NCBI RefSeq assembly: GCF_009914755.1
Contig: NC_060925.1
Strand: one strand, 5' to 3'
Length of the DNA stretch: 64,000 nucleotides
Source of the DNA: the human T2T-CHM13v2.0 reference genome, Homo sapiens
Below, one piece after another: positions 47,060 through 59,509 of the stretch. A program made the translations under genes and the position numbers. Each line of letters begins with the position of its first letter. Position 1 is the stretch's first letter. The notes under the pieces are model-generated. The model was not told where the DNA came from and searched no databases. It worked only from the letters and a program-made list of their open reading frames with translations.

Positions 47060-49859
47060 TGATTTCCTTTAGTTTACGTCTCTTTCTTCCTTGGACTAAA
47101 TATCCTGCAATCATAAGAAAATGTAAGAGTATCTCAGGATGTTACACAGAGCAGGGATGGTTAGATTTTCCAATACGGAGGAGACACTCAGCAAAAAACT
47201 GTGCATCCGTGCTTGACGGACTGGGTCAGAGAAGCTGTCATGCGTCACCCAACAAGCCTCTGGAGCCAGTTCTGTAACTAGCAAACGCCTCCCAGAAAGT
47301 AAAGATGTCACTTCTCTGAACTTAGTCTTCTCATCTACACACTAAAGCTGTTGTGTCACTAGCCTCCTTCCAGTTCTCTCTGATTTATGATGATTCAAAC
47401 TTAATTTTTCTTTAGTTATATTCTTAAGATTTCATAACAAATAGAACGTAAATATTAATTTCTCTCATGTTTCAGAATTATAAAGAACTTGATATAAAGA
47501 AACTTGTTTCAAAATTATAAAGAAACATAAATTATTTGCTATTTAAATTGTGGTAGTGTTCAATGTTCTCTTTGTATATACATATACATATATAAATATA
47601 CATATAGAATGTATGAATATATATGTATATTCGTGTGTGGACCTATATTTTTATATCAATAATATGTCTCACCTGATACATGAATTCTAACTATGGTAAG
47701 AATGTATGCCATCTAATACAAACAAAATGCCACAAAACTCAACAAAATGTTTTATTTCTGGAGATAATTTGCTACATTTCAGATTTTTTCTTATGTTATA
47801 GTAATATTTCTTTTCTCTATTTTCCAAAAAACAATTATTGCTAATGTGTGCACCTGAACTGACAGCTTTAGCATAACTTGGTATAGTTTTAGATAAGCTG
47901 AGTTTAAATTAACGCTGATAAAATTTCCAGAATTGCCGAAGAGACCATACTACGTAGGAGAAGTGGATAAAGTGGAATGAGGTTCTTCTTGTCTTGTTAG
48001 CTGATTTGGGAGCCACTAAGGATTTTAAGTGGAGCAATAAAATGACCAGATGAAGGATCACTAATTTATACACAGGAAAATAGATTATAAAGATGAGAGG
48101 TCAGGATCAGGAAATTAGTTATGGTTGCTGTAATCCCAGAAGAAAATGGTTGAGAGAAGATGATATCAAAGATTATTGGCAGGGTTTTTTTGTGCCTGTT
48201 GTGTTTGTTTGTTTCTTTGTTTTGATAGAAAAATTGAGTGAAAGGGAACACCACAAATGCAGAAGTTCAGTTAATTTTGAGAGAGGTAATGAGAATGATT
48301 AACATGAATTTCCCCCCAAAAAAGTTCTGTCAATAATTACCATATTATGAATAAATAGGGCATGGGTTATTTTTGCAGCTGACTCAGAGAAAATAGCTAT
48401 CACAGCAAACCTATGTCTATATTGAAATTCATATATACATTTAAAGAATATTATTCTATACCATTTATCTCAAGAGAACTAATCTTCAAAGGAAATAAAA
48501 TCAGCAACATATTTTTAATTAAAATTTTAACTTCTTTCAAAAATGCCTTTATTATTTATCTGTTAAGAACAGATAAATCATTCATGAAGCATTCAAGTCA
48601 AAAAGAATTTTTATTTTTTTGTTGGCAGATTTACCTAGTGGAAACAACATGTGTATTTAGCTTTAAAAAGAAAATTCCATTAATATCAGATGAGGAAACA
48701 TTCAACTAACAATGCAGTTAAGTGGAAGAAAATGAAGAGTTTCATTAATAACCCTAATATTAATGGACAATGGTGGTACTGAGAGGAACATCTATCTCTT
48801 TTAGGCTTCATAAGGAAATGGTGTTTTTCAGTGTCAACAAATTAATCTCCACTGCGTGGTTCACCCACCAAATAGCATATCTGTAATAATATATTGTACT
48901 TAGTCTACCACGTTTTAAAATGATTGGTTTCAAACTATCACAGCATAGAAGACAATATATAGATAGTTGAAGAGTTAAAGAAATTGTAGCGTAAGAAGCA
49001 TGCAAAAAGATAGAGTTATAGCGTTATAATGACTGTCTTGAGATATTTCAAAACACTTACGAAGGGGAGCAAGTTAGCTTTTGATGAGGACTGTCACAGT
49101 CAGTGAAGCAGGTAACAGTATTATCCAACATCGAATCAGAGGTCGAGTGACTTTCTAAAAGGGTGACCTTTACAGATATTGCCATATGTTGCTGGGATGG
49201 GGGTTGGTGGTAGAAGAGTTGATCTATTCTGAGCCTTCCACATTTTAAGTGGTATGATTCAAAATTACACATACAAACTTTGTTTTAATTATACTCTATT
49301 TTAAAAACTGCAATTATCTTTTGAGTTGATTTTATAATTTATTTTTCTTTTAATTTTTGACTTAAGCTCACAAGCAGTTCCTTGGAAAATATATTTCACT
49401 ACACAATTGAGCGATCTTCACTTATAAGCACTGTTAAGAAAATATGTTAGAAAGAGGTTAATGAACACAAGAAAATGATAACCCACATTAGATTTATGTT
49501 TGGCTGATGGTATGTGTAATACCATTGTTTGTCTTCAGATGTAAAAGATTTACCAACACAAGAAGCAGATTTGCTTGTTATTTGGGAATAACTGTATTCC
49601 CAAATCTCAGTAGCTTAATAAACCAAAGTTTATGTCTTGTTCACACTTTGTTTTCAATGTAGCTTAGAAGGGAATTTTGTTTATTACATGAATTCTAAGA
49701 CTCAGGTGACACAGACCTAATCTCTCTATGTGCTTCCATGATAACTCTTAACAGCTGGGAAGATAACACAAAAATTTCTCCAATGGTTTCTTAAAATTCC
49801 TCCGAAGCTGAATATTAACTCTCATTTACACCTATTATATATTACAACACTCTCAGTTA

Positions 49860-52625
49860 AATTGCACCTGCTTAACTTCGCTAATATAGAAAAACTGCTC
49901 TATCCCCCCTTTTCCGTTGTTAATGTCACAGAATTTCATCTTTACACATCATGTGCCCAAAACTTAATAATTCACTTAAATGCATTGGTTTCCTAAATTA
50001 TGTAGAAAATGAAATATGGAGTTTTAAACCAAAGTTACAACAATAAAAGCTTTTAGGTTAATAATTGTTTTTCTAAACTTCACTGGTCTCTTAAATCATA
50101 TAGAAAAACAAAAAATGGAGACAAAAACCATTGTTACCATAATGCTAGCCTTTTTAAATTGCCCATGTATTTACCTTTATTGAGGTCATTATTTCTTCCT
50201 GCAATGTCCAGTTACTGTCTAGTATTATTTCACTTTACCCTTCAGGACTCTATTAGACATTTCTTGAAAGGCAAGTCTAGTGGTCTCAAACTCCCTCAGC
50301 TTTTGTTTATCTGGGAATGAATTAATTTCTCCTTCACTTTTGAAGGACACTTTTGACAGATATGGGATTCTTAGTTGAAAGACGTTTTTTTTCTTTTAGC
50401 GTTTTGAACATATTGGCCCAATGCCTCTGGCCTATAAACTTCTGATGAGAAATCTGCTAATAATCTGACTAAGAAATACTTACCTGTGAGAAATTGCTTC
50501 TCTCTTGCTGCATACAAGACTCTCTCTGTGTCTTTGCTATTTAAAAATTTGATTATGACCAAGTATAGTGGCTCATTCCTGTAACGCCAGCACTTTGGAA
50601 GACTGAATGGGGAGAGTTGCTTGAGGCCAGAAGTTTGAGGTCAGCCTGGCAAGCATGGCAAAACCCTGTCTCTAAAAACAACAACAACAACAACAACAAC
50701 AACAAATTATTCAGGTATGGTGAAATGCACCTGTAGTCCCAGCTACTCAAGAGGCTGAAGTGGAAGGATCACTTGAGCCCAGGAGGTCGAGGCTACAGTA
50801 AGGTGTGATCACATCATTGCATTCTGGCCTGGGTGCCAGAGCATGACCCTGTCAAAAAAAATTATATTAAAGAAAAAAGTTAGCCTGATATAGTAGAGCA
50901 TGCCTGTAGTCCTTACAATTCAAGAGACTGAGGCAGGAGGATTGCTTTAGACTAGGAATTTGAGATTGCAGTGAGCTATGATCACACCACTGCACTCCTC
51001 CCTGGGTGACAGAGCAAGACCCTATCACTACAAATTAAAAAACTTAATTAAATTAAAGTTTGATTATAATGTATCTTGATATCTATCTCTTTGAGTTAAT
51101 CTCATTAAGTTCATTAAGCTTATTGAGGGTCTCTATTAATGCCATTATTTCTTCAAACATTCTCTATTCATCTTTCTCTTCTCCTTCCGAAATCCACTTT
51201 GTGTGTGTTGGTCTGCTTCCTGGTGTCCCATGTTCCTTAGATTCTTTTCACTTTATACTTTAATTTCTTTTTCTGTTATTCAGATTCAATAATTTTGGTT
51301 TTTCTAAAATTGTTAATTCTTTCATCTGCCTGCTCTACTATGCCTCTGAATCTCTTTTTTGATTTTTTTCCTTTTAATTATTGTACTTTCAGAATTTCTT
51401 TTTGTTTCCTTTTCAGGCTTTCTATCCCTTTATTCATATTTCCATTTTGATCATACATCATTTTCTTTCTTCACATCTTTCTTTACTTCTTTCAGTATCT
51501 TTAATACAGTTATTTTAAAGTTTCTAATAGACCTACCATCAGAGCTTTTTCAGGGAAACTTTCAGTTTATTTTTTTTCTTTTAATAGGCCATACTTTCCT
51601 ATTTCTTTGTATGACATAATTTTTTTGTTGAAAACTGAACATTTTAGTCTAATAATGGGTAACAACTGGAATCAGATTCTCCTCCTTCTACATGTTTGTT
51701 GAGGGGCTTCCTGCATTGTTTTCATTTATTGTTTTTGTCTGAATGTTGTAGGCTATGTCTGTGTCACAAATTAGCCTGTAGTATAGACTTTAGGTTGTCT
51801 CCAGTGTTTTCCAAGCCTGCACTTTTTGCTAAGTGTTCATAGTCATTTTCTAATTTTCCCCATTCATGCAGTTGCTTTGGAACATCCTAGTGTTTAGTGT
51901 CTGGCTGCCAAAATATTCTTTTTGTGGAAAACTGAACTTTTTAATCTAATAATGGGTAACAATGGGAATCAGATTCTCCTCCTTCTACATGTTTGTTGAG
52001 GGGCTTCCTGCATTGTTTTCATTTATTGTTTTTGTCTGAATATAGTAGGCTATGTCTGTGTCAAGAATTAGCCTGTAGCATATACTTTAGGTTGTCTCCA
52101 GTGTTTTCCAAGCCTGCACTTTTTGCTAAGTGTTCATAGTCATTTTCTAATTTTCCCCATTCATGCGGTTGCTTTGGAATATCCTAGTGTATCTCCCCTT
52201 GGACAAATTCACATCAGCCAAGGGGAGGGGCTTGCAACAATGGAGAAAACTGAAAAACAATGGCCGCCTATCTTTCTGTCTGCATCTCTGTGATCAAAGA
52301 ACCCAGCAATCAGAGCACAAATCTCAAATATTTGAAGAATCGAGTTGTTTTCGACACTCTGGCTCCCCGCTGCTATGTGCAGGTTGCTCCATAAATACAC
52401 ATACAGCTGCCTGCCATGTGGCTAAGGAGCGTGGTATGAACATATGACACTGTGCTAGGAGCTAAAATTGACTGAATGTGAGTGCAACTTACGATCCAAG
52501 TCATCCCTAGAAGTTGTAGGGCTTCAATAGACTCCAAAAATAGTACAATCAGACAAATTCTGGCCATGCAACTGTAAAGGTGAGGAGTCAGATTCCAGGT
52601 GTTTCCTCCTCCGCCATCTTCCCAG
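49860..52625 (-). mobile_element. Old L1M 5' region/ORF1 remnant with nested AluJ-like elements (about 50556-51040)
   Basis: Minus ORF 50371..50562 (KFLNSKDTERVLYAAREK..VRLLADFSSE) is ORF1-like; Alu dimer plus monomer inserted. Boundaries approximate. Confidence 0.72.
51622..52189 (+). repeat. Tandem duplication of about 270 bp (period about 297)
   Basis: 51622-51891 and 51919-52189 are near-identical (AAAACTGAAC...GAATCAGATTCTCCTCCTTCTAC...TCCTAGTGT). Confidence 0.93.
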
Positions 52626-52689
52626 ATTTCTTTTTCTATATTTCTTAGATTGCTTTCAGTAAATAGAATAACAAGCTAATGAATTTAAT

Positions 52690-52810
52690 CTTTTTTATTA
52701 TTATTATTATACTTTAAGTTCTAGGGTACATGTGCACAACGTGCAGGTTTGTTACATATGTATAAATACGCTGTGTTGGTTTGCTGCACTCATCATTTAC
52801 ATTAGGTATC
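52690..52810 (-). mobile_element. Short L1PA 3' end
   Basis: TTATTATTATACTTTAAGTTCTAGGGTACATGTGCACAACGTGCAGG. Confidence 0.9.
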
Positions 52811-52948
52811 AAACATAAACACTACTAGCTCCCTCCATTGAGTCGTTCTGAGAAGAAAAGGCAGGGCTCTGAATTCCGATGGAAGGGAACAGAAAGAAAA
52901 AAAGAAAAGGACTGAACTGGTGAAAGCACCTTTGTCTTTCAATCAAGA

Positions 52949-53716
52949 TGAAATGGGGGAGTTCCCTGATTCCCCTCGCAGGACGTGCGAGAGGGGTGTT
53001 ATCTGCTTTGTCGCCCCGCAGCTCAAACCCCTAGGGGCAGCTTGCAGACGGGCAGGTGCAGAGGCCGGCATGAGTGCTTTTGAGCTCTGGCCCCACGGCA
53101 GCGTCTAGGGTAGGCGTCTGTGAGTACAGACGCCCAAGTGGACGCGTGTTACAAAACTCAGATTTGCTGTCTGCAGACGGCTTGTGTGTTAATCCGCTCA
53201 ATGGACCCTCTGCCTTATCTCAAGAGCCTGGGGCCAGTGTGACAGACTTCTGTATCCTGAGCTCTTGCCCAGTGGTCCTAAAGAATTGGATCACATGCGG
53301 GCTCAAAGGATGACTGCAAGGTTTTATTGAGTGATGGCGGTGGTTCTCAGCAAGTTGGATAGGGAGCCCGAAGTGGGGGATGGAGTGGGAAGGTGTTCTT
53401 CCCCTGGAGTTAGGCCACCCAGCGGCCAGATTTTTCTCCGACCTCCCCTAGCGGAACTCATTTCCCTCGGCATCCAGACATTCCTGCTCTTCTCTCTTTC
53501 TCTGCTGCCTTGTTCCGCTGTGATTGTTCAGCCGCGTATGTGTGCCCGCTAAGGTGTTGGGTTTATATGGGGGCTGGATGAGGAGCATGGAGGGCCAAAA
53601 GGCAACATTTTGGACAGGAAAACAGACATGCCTGTCCTCATTTAGGGTCGGGGTGGGGCCTTTGACAGGGAATCGCCCTCTTCTAACCAGTATTTGCCTG
53701 TCTCCTTTCCGTATCA
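52949..53716 (-). mobile_element. ERV1 solo LTR (LTR1-like)
   Basis: TG...CA termini with 4-bp TSD AAGA; reverse complement begins TGATACGGAAAGGAGACAGGCAAATACTGGTTAGAAGAGGGCG. Confidence 0.82.
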
Positions 53717-53925
53717 AAGACTCTCACTAAATCAACCAGAGCTAAGATATGTGTACTCAAGGAGAAAAGCTGAAAGACTTCTGTGTGGAATACATGGATG
53801 GTTAACACTGTAAGTCCTTACTCAGGCCTTCCTTATTTGCATTTTTACTGTGTTTCTAGCAAGAATGTACTTTATTTTAATGGGTAGTGATTTCTACATA
53901 GTCCACACAGCCGTTTTCTTTTCAG

Positions 53926-54105
53926 AAAAAAAAAAATGTAATCCTCCTTATATTCAAAATGATGTCTACACACCTGAAAAGACAAAACACAGAATTGAAG
54001 ATTTAATCATATGTGAGTTTATAGATGGCTTTTATCCTACAACCCAGGGAAACAGGGCAAATGCACTAGTAGTGGGTGGGTACCTACGTGCTCCAGGATG
54101 TAGCA
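53926..54105 (+). pseudogene. CFH-SCR5-like fossil exon in CFHR4 intron 1
   Basis: ttttcttttcag|AA AAA..; KKKCNPPYIQNDVYTPEKTKHRIEDLIICEFIDGFYPTTQGNRA.., with CTSSGWVP in a shifted frame and APGCS at the end; resembles CFH SCR5 ([45 protein letters not shown]); donor GTAAGT at 54106. Confidence 0.85.
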
Positions 54106-54404
54106 GTAAGTTCCAGTCCATATACTGACTTACATTTAAAATCTGAAATTACTTTCTCTTAAACACAAAAAAAGGGGAGACAATAAATTTCAATATTTTA
54201 GTATATGGAGTTTTGAGAAGTCTTTGCTTTCCAAAGTAGATAATTCTAAGTAGAATTTAAAACAATTATTGTAAACTAAAATTCTCTTTAATGTTTGCTA
54301 CTCAGAATTATACAGATGGATGTGTGTATATGAATAGATATTTCTCTATTCTTCCAATGTCCAAAATAATACACTGGGTGAGACTAGCACCCTCTAAAGC
54401 CTAG

Positions 54405-54915
54405 TATATTAGTTATGTATGGTTGTGAAACATATTTTGCTAAAAACATATTTGCTTAAAACAATAAACCTTTATTTTCTCACAGATTTTGTGGGTCAGG
54501 CATTTGGGAGTGACTTTACTGTTTAGTTCTGTGTCAGATGCTCTCCTGTGTCGTTGTCAAGGATGTTGGCCTGGGCTGCAGTGACCTGACAACTTGGCTG
54601 GGCTGCAGGATCTGCTTCCAACATGGCTCACTCACACAGATTTTGGTAGGAGGTCCCAGTACCTTACCACATTGTCCCCTCCACAGGTTGCTTGAATGGC
54701 AACTACATTTCTCCAGAGCTAAAGATTCAAGACAGAGAGAGTGAGGAGTAGGAGGAAGCCTTCATGTCATTTATCACCTAGTCACACACTCTCACCTGAG
54801 CCATATTTATTCTTCAGAAATGAGTCACTAAGTCCAGCACACAACAAGTGGAGGAGAATTAGGCTCCACTATTTTGAGGAAGGAGTATTGAAGAATTTGT
54901 GGAATTTCCACAATC
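54405..54915 (-). mobile_element. MLT1-type LTR
   Basis: GCTTAAAACAATAAAC..TTCTCACAGATTTTGTGGGTCAGGCATTTGGG..GATCTGCTTCCAACATGGCTCACTCACA motifs. Confidence 0.7.
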
Positions 54916-55099
54916 ATCAAATGTAGCAAAATGTCTCTCACGTCAATAGGGTGTTTTATTTCTATGATGGTTCCTTTGCCTTTTTCAAGATTTTTTCTGT
55001 CTCTACAAACATATTCTTTTTTTTTTCTATCTTGCAGTGCATTGTAAAGGTGAACCATACTTAAAGTGGATAGTCCATGACAGAAAAATGTTCTTTCCT

Positions 55100-55378
55100 C
55101 TTCTTTTTAAAACAAGGTCTTCCTCTGTTGCCCAGGCTGGAGTGCAGCAGCGCAGTATACGTCGCTGCAATCTTGACCTCCTTGGCTCAAATGATCTTCC
55201 CACTGCAACCTCCTAAGCAGTTGGGAATATAGGCATGTGCCACCATGCCCAGTTACTTTTTTATTTTTATTCTGTAGACACAAGGTCTTGCTGTGATGCT
55301 TAGGCTGATCTCAAACTGGGCCTCAAGCAGTCCTCCCACCTTGGCCTCCCAAGGTGTTCGGATTATCGTGCCCAAACC
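55100..55378 (-). mobile_element. AluJ-like
   Basis: Diverged antisense Alu dimer. Confidence 0.85.
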
Positions 55379-58215
55379 CAGATGAATTGTCAAAAGCATG
55401 AGTTCTTAAGAAAGGTAGCTATTGTAACTGTGAAACCAATTTCACTGTGCATAAAAACTATAAGGTAAATAAATAATTATTCTATAGTTGGCTTATGAAA
55501 ATGCTAGATCAGCCCAAATGCTTCTGGACCAACTGAATGCCAGCTATATCTGGTTTTCTGCAAAAGTATTTCGCAAGTGACCTTCTGAAATTTGTGTGGA
55601 AAAGATGGAGAAATTGACTGGTTTGATGATTTATCAAGTAGTTTGCAGTTTTATTAAATGTTTTACCTGATTATCAGATACAGCATTTTATTCTCAGGCT
55701 TCATTACTCTTTTGTGTCTGCCCATAGTTTAACGGTTTAGGAGAAATGCAGTATAAATTCACAAATGAAATGCTACAGCAGATGGTGACAGTGAATCTGC
55801 ATTAGTATAGATTCATAATTCCAGAAGAATCCTACGTGCAAAGCTAAATCTAAAAAAATTAAATTTAGTAGTGGTAACTGTAAGATCCTGGTCTTGGGTC
55901 AAAGGAATCAGCAGTACTAGTACAAACAGATTAGCAACCACTATAAAAATTAGTGAGTATTTTAATCAACGTTAAGGTCAGTTTGAGTTAACATTGTGAT
56001 AGAACCATCATAACTGCTTGTGAGTCTACAATTCACATGGTAGAAGACTAAGAAATAGAATGAGGCTGCTCTAAGTTCTGCTGACTTCAGTGCCAATCAG
56101 ATCATAGGTGGAATTTTTTTTTTTTTTTTTTTTGCTTTAGAGAACTACCATATGAGAAAGATAAAAATGGTTTAAATTTTCTCAGTAAAAAAGAAAAGTC
56201 ATGAAGTGGCTCAAGCTTGTGGTATTAATGATAATGATAGCTACTTTTAATTATACTTCCTTTTTGATTTTTTGAAAAGAAATCTCAGCAGACTATGTTA
56301 TTTACATTCTATGAAACACCATCATGAGATAGATAACTATACTTGTTCTGAAATCAGAAAACTAAAGTTTAAATCTCTGCTCTACCACTTAATGGAAATT
56401 TTAATTGAGTTTTTTAAGGCTCACTTCCTGCAAATCCAAAGACTCAAGCTTGTCCAAGGTGGAATTAGTGTTAAATGATCTATGTTGAAGTATCATAATG
56501 TATCATGATGAAATTTGCAAAGTTCAAAGGTAAAGAGAAAATAATACAAATATCCAAACAGTGGTCGGGGGGAAACAACAGAATGTAACATAGAAGGAAT
56601 GAAACTAAATGAGGCATTTTAAGCTCAACTTTGGAAGTTCAAAAAATGGGGGGCAAAATCTATCAACAATGAGAGATATGGATATAGGCCAAGAAACTAT
56701 ACAAAGACAAGTTATTGTTCCCAGGTCTTTGTTAAAGACATTTACAACATGCAAGGATTCAAAGTTATAATCGGCATAACTAATCTGTAGAAACCGGTTG
56801 AAAAATTTTTCTAATCAAACAAAAAGAAATAGATTGATGAACGCCAGATGTGTTAAAGACAAATTATTCATCTGACACTTGTTAATATGACAAGACAGAT
56901 TTTATTTGACTATTGCAATAGGGGAAAGAAGTCTTGAGCTAAGCTTCAAAAACAGCACAGCTGAGGGTTTATACCCTAAAATCAGAGTAATTAAGATGCT
57001 ATTTATAAGCAATGAAACTGAATGAATATTTGAACTTCCACATTGGAAGTTTCAAAAATGTGGCAAAAAAAAAATGGTGAAGAGAAATATGGACTGTAGG
57101 CCAAGAATCTATACCTAGAGAAGTTACTCACGTATCTTTTAAATGAAGATACTTAAGAGATGCAAGAATTCAACATTTATAATCCACAAAACAAGACTGT
57201 AGAAACTGCCTGAAAATCTCGCTAATGAAAAAATAAGAAAGAAAGACAATAAACCAGTGGACTAAAGAATAATGGAGATAATAAACAATATTGTGCGTGT
57301 GTGTGTGGTGCATATGTTGGAATTTTTTATAATGTGTAGTATAAGGTTTCTTGAACAATGATCATATTTCATAGAAAAAATGAATATTCTTCTGGTATTA
57401 CAAGTAGTAAATTATCTCCGAATCATCCCATGGAAATGGAAACTTTTTTTGGAAATATCGAGTATAAGCCTTATAATAACATAGTGCTTAAACATATATG
57501 TCAAATATTCAATATACACAAATTCCTCAATAAACTGTAAATATACTGTAAAAAATATTGTATATAAAACATTAAAAACATCTTATTTTCTAATCAAAAT
57601 TAAAAATTAATAAAAATGCTTATTACACTCTTAGATATTTAGATATTAAGAAATATTCCTAGTTCATTTTCCTGGTTAAATAAAGGATAGAAATCTTGTC
57701 TTAATAACTGGTTTGAGACATGAATTAGCAATATTATTTTGTTGTGTGATGTGATCAATGAGAAATTCCTGTTTCTCTGTAGTTTTTACATTCCTTCCAG
57801 TCAATTTTTTAAAATCCTCAAAAAACTACTATCTCCCACTCTAGAGTTGGTCTGAGAAGAACAGGCAGGGCTCTGATTTCTGATGGGATGGAACAGAAAG
57901 AAAAAGAAGACAGATGAGCTGAATGGTAAAATAAGCGCCTTCATCTCTCAACCAGGAAGCTCACTAATCAACCAGGGCTACGATATATGTACTCATGGAG
58001 GGTACATTAAATAGGTCTGCACAGTTTTCTTCAATCTTCATTAGCAAACAGCTCTTCACATATCTAGGTCATTGGATTTCTGTAACTTTTCTTGCCCTAA
58101 AACCCCTAATTCATTACACTAAGAAGAGAATATAATTTATTGATCAAAAATGTCATATATGATTATCTGTTATAGAAAAACATTATTTATACTGTTTTTT
58201 GTTTTTTATTACAAG

Positions 58216-58413
58216 AAGTGAAACCTTGTGATTTTCCAGAAATTCAACATGGAGGTCTATATTATAAGAGTTTGCGTAGACTATACTTTCCAGCAGCTGC
58301 AGGACAATCTTATTCCTATTACTGTGATCAAAATTTTGTGACTCCTTCAGGAAGTTACTGGGATTACATTCATTGCACACAAGATGGTTGGTCACCAACG
58401 GTCCCATGCCTCA
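58216..58413 (+). CDS. CFHR4: CFHR4 exon 2 (SCR1); NAGNAG acceptor allows start at 58216 or 58219
   Basis: (E)[65 protein letters not shown]; donor GTAAGT. Confidence 0.96.
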
Positions 58414-58840
58414 GTAAGTAAACCTCTTTACAAGAATATGTGCATAAAACTTGAAAAGAGTGAGAGAACAGCAAATAAATGATTATATTGTCTTATATAA
58501 CAGAAATAGGACCAAAGGAAGAGTTGTTCAAGCAAAAAGACCAAAATGGATCTTTTTTGTTATGAGATCTTCGTGAAAATTACATGAGAAATAAATGTGG
58601 CAACTTTATGAGAATACCGATATAATTTAAACATATTTTATCATAAAAACTAAGGTTAAGTAACATTGAATACTGACTTTTTTGTAAAAACATTTAGTAG
58701 TAGCTTTAGTTTTTCTTGAGTCATACATCATTTTCAGTATTGATGCAGTCTTATTTAAATGTTCCAAAAATTATTTTAATATACTATTTTGATCAAATTC
58801 ATGTCTCTAATTTACCTTTAAATCATTTTATGGTCCTTAG

Positions 58841-58937
58841 GACAATGTATTTTCAATTATTTGGAGAATGGATATAATAAAAAATATGGAAGAACGTATT
58901 TACAGCTGGTCTCCTCCTCCCAGATGCATTCGTGTCA
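58841..58937 (+). pseudogene. Internally deleted CFH-SCR7-like fossil exon in CFHR4 intron 2
   Basis: ccttag|GA CAA TGT..: RQCIFNYLENGYNKKYGRTYLQ joined out of frame to WSPPPRCIRV; 97 nt versus 177 nt at 13965-14141; donor GTTAGT. Confidence 0.88.
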
Positions 58938-59168
58938 GTTAGTGCACTCATTTGAGATCCCAGTATGTCCGTAACTGTCTAAGATCTAGATATTTAACTG
59001 GAAAATTTTGTACATCAACTCTGAAGCCGAATTTATGTCTTTTTATTTTAAAACAGAAGCCTATCTAGTTTCCAGTTCCAAATGTGTCTGAATACATTTA
59101 AAATTTCTGGATAATTAGTGGATTCTGTCACTTAATAGGGCCAAGCAGCAATAGAAATATAAGTCAGG

Positions 59169-59509
<341 letters not shown>

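Larger units (their letters stand above)
43321..49464 (+). repeat. Segmental duplication copy B (CFHR4 promoter, exon 1, proximal intron 1)
   Basis: Direct repeat of 5398-11784, about 37.9 kb downstream. Confidence 0.95.
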
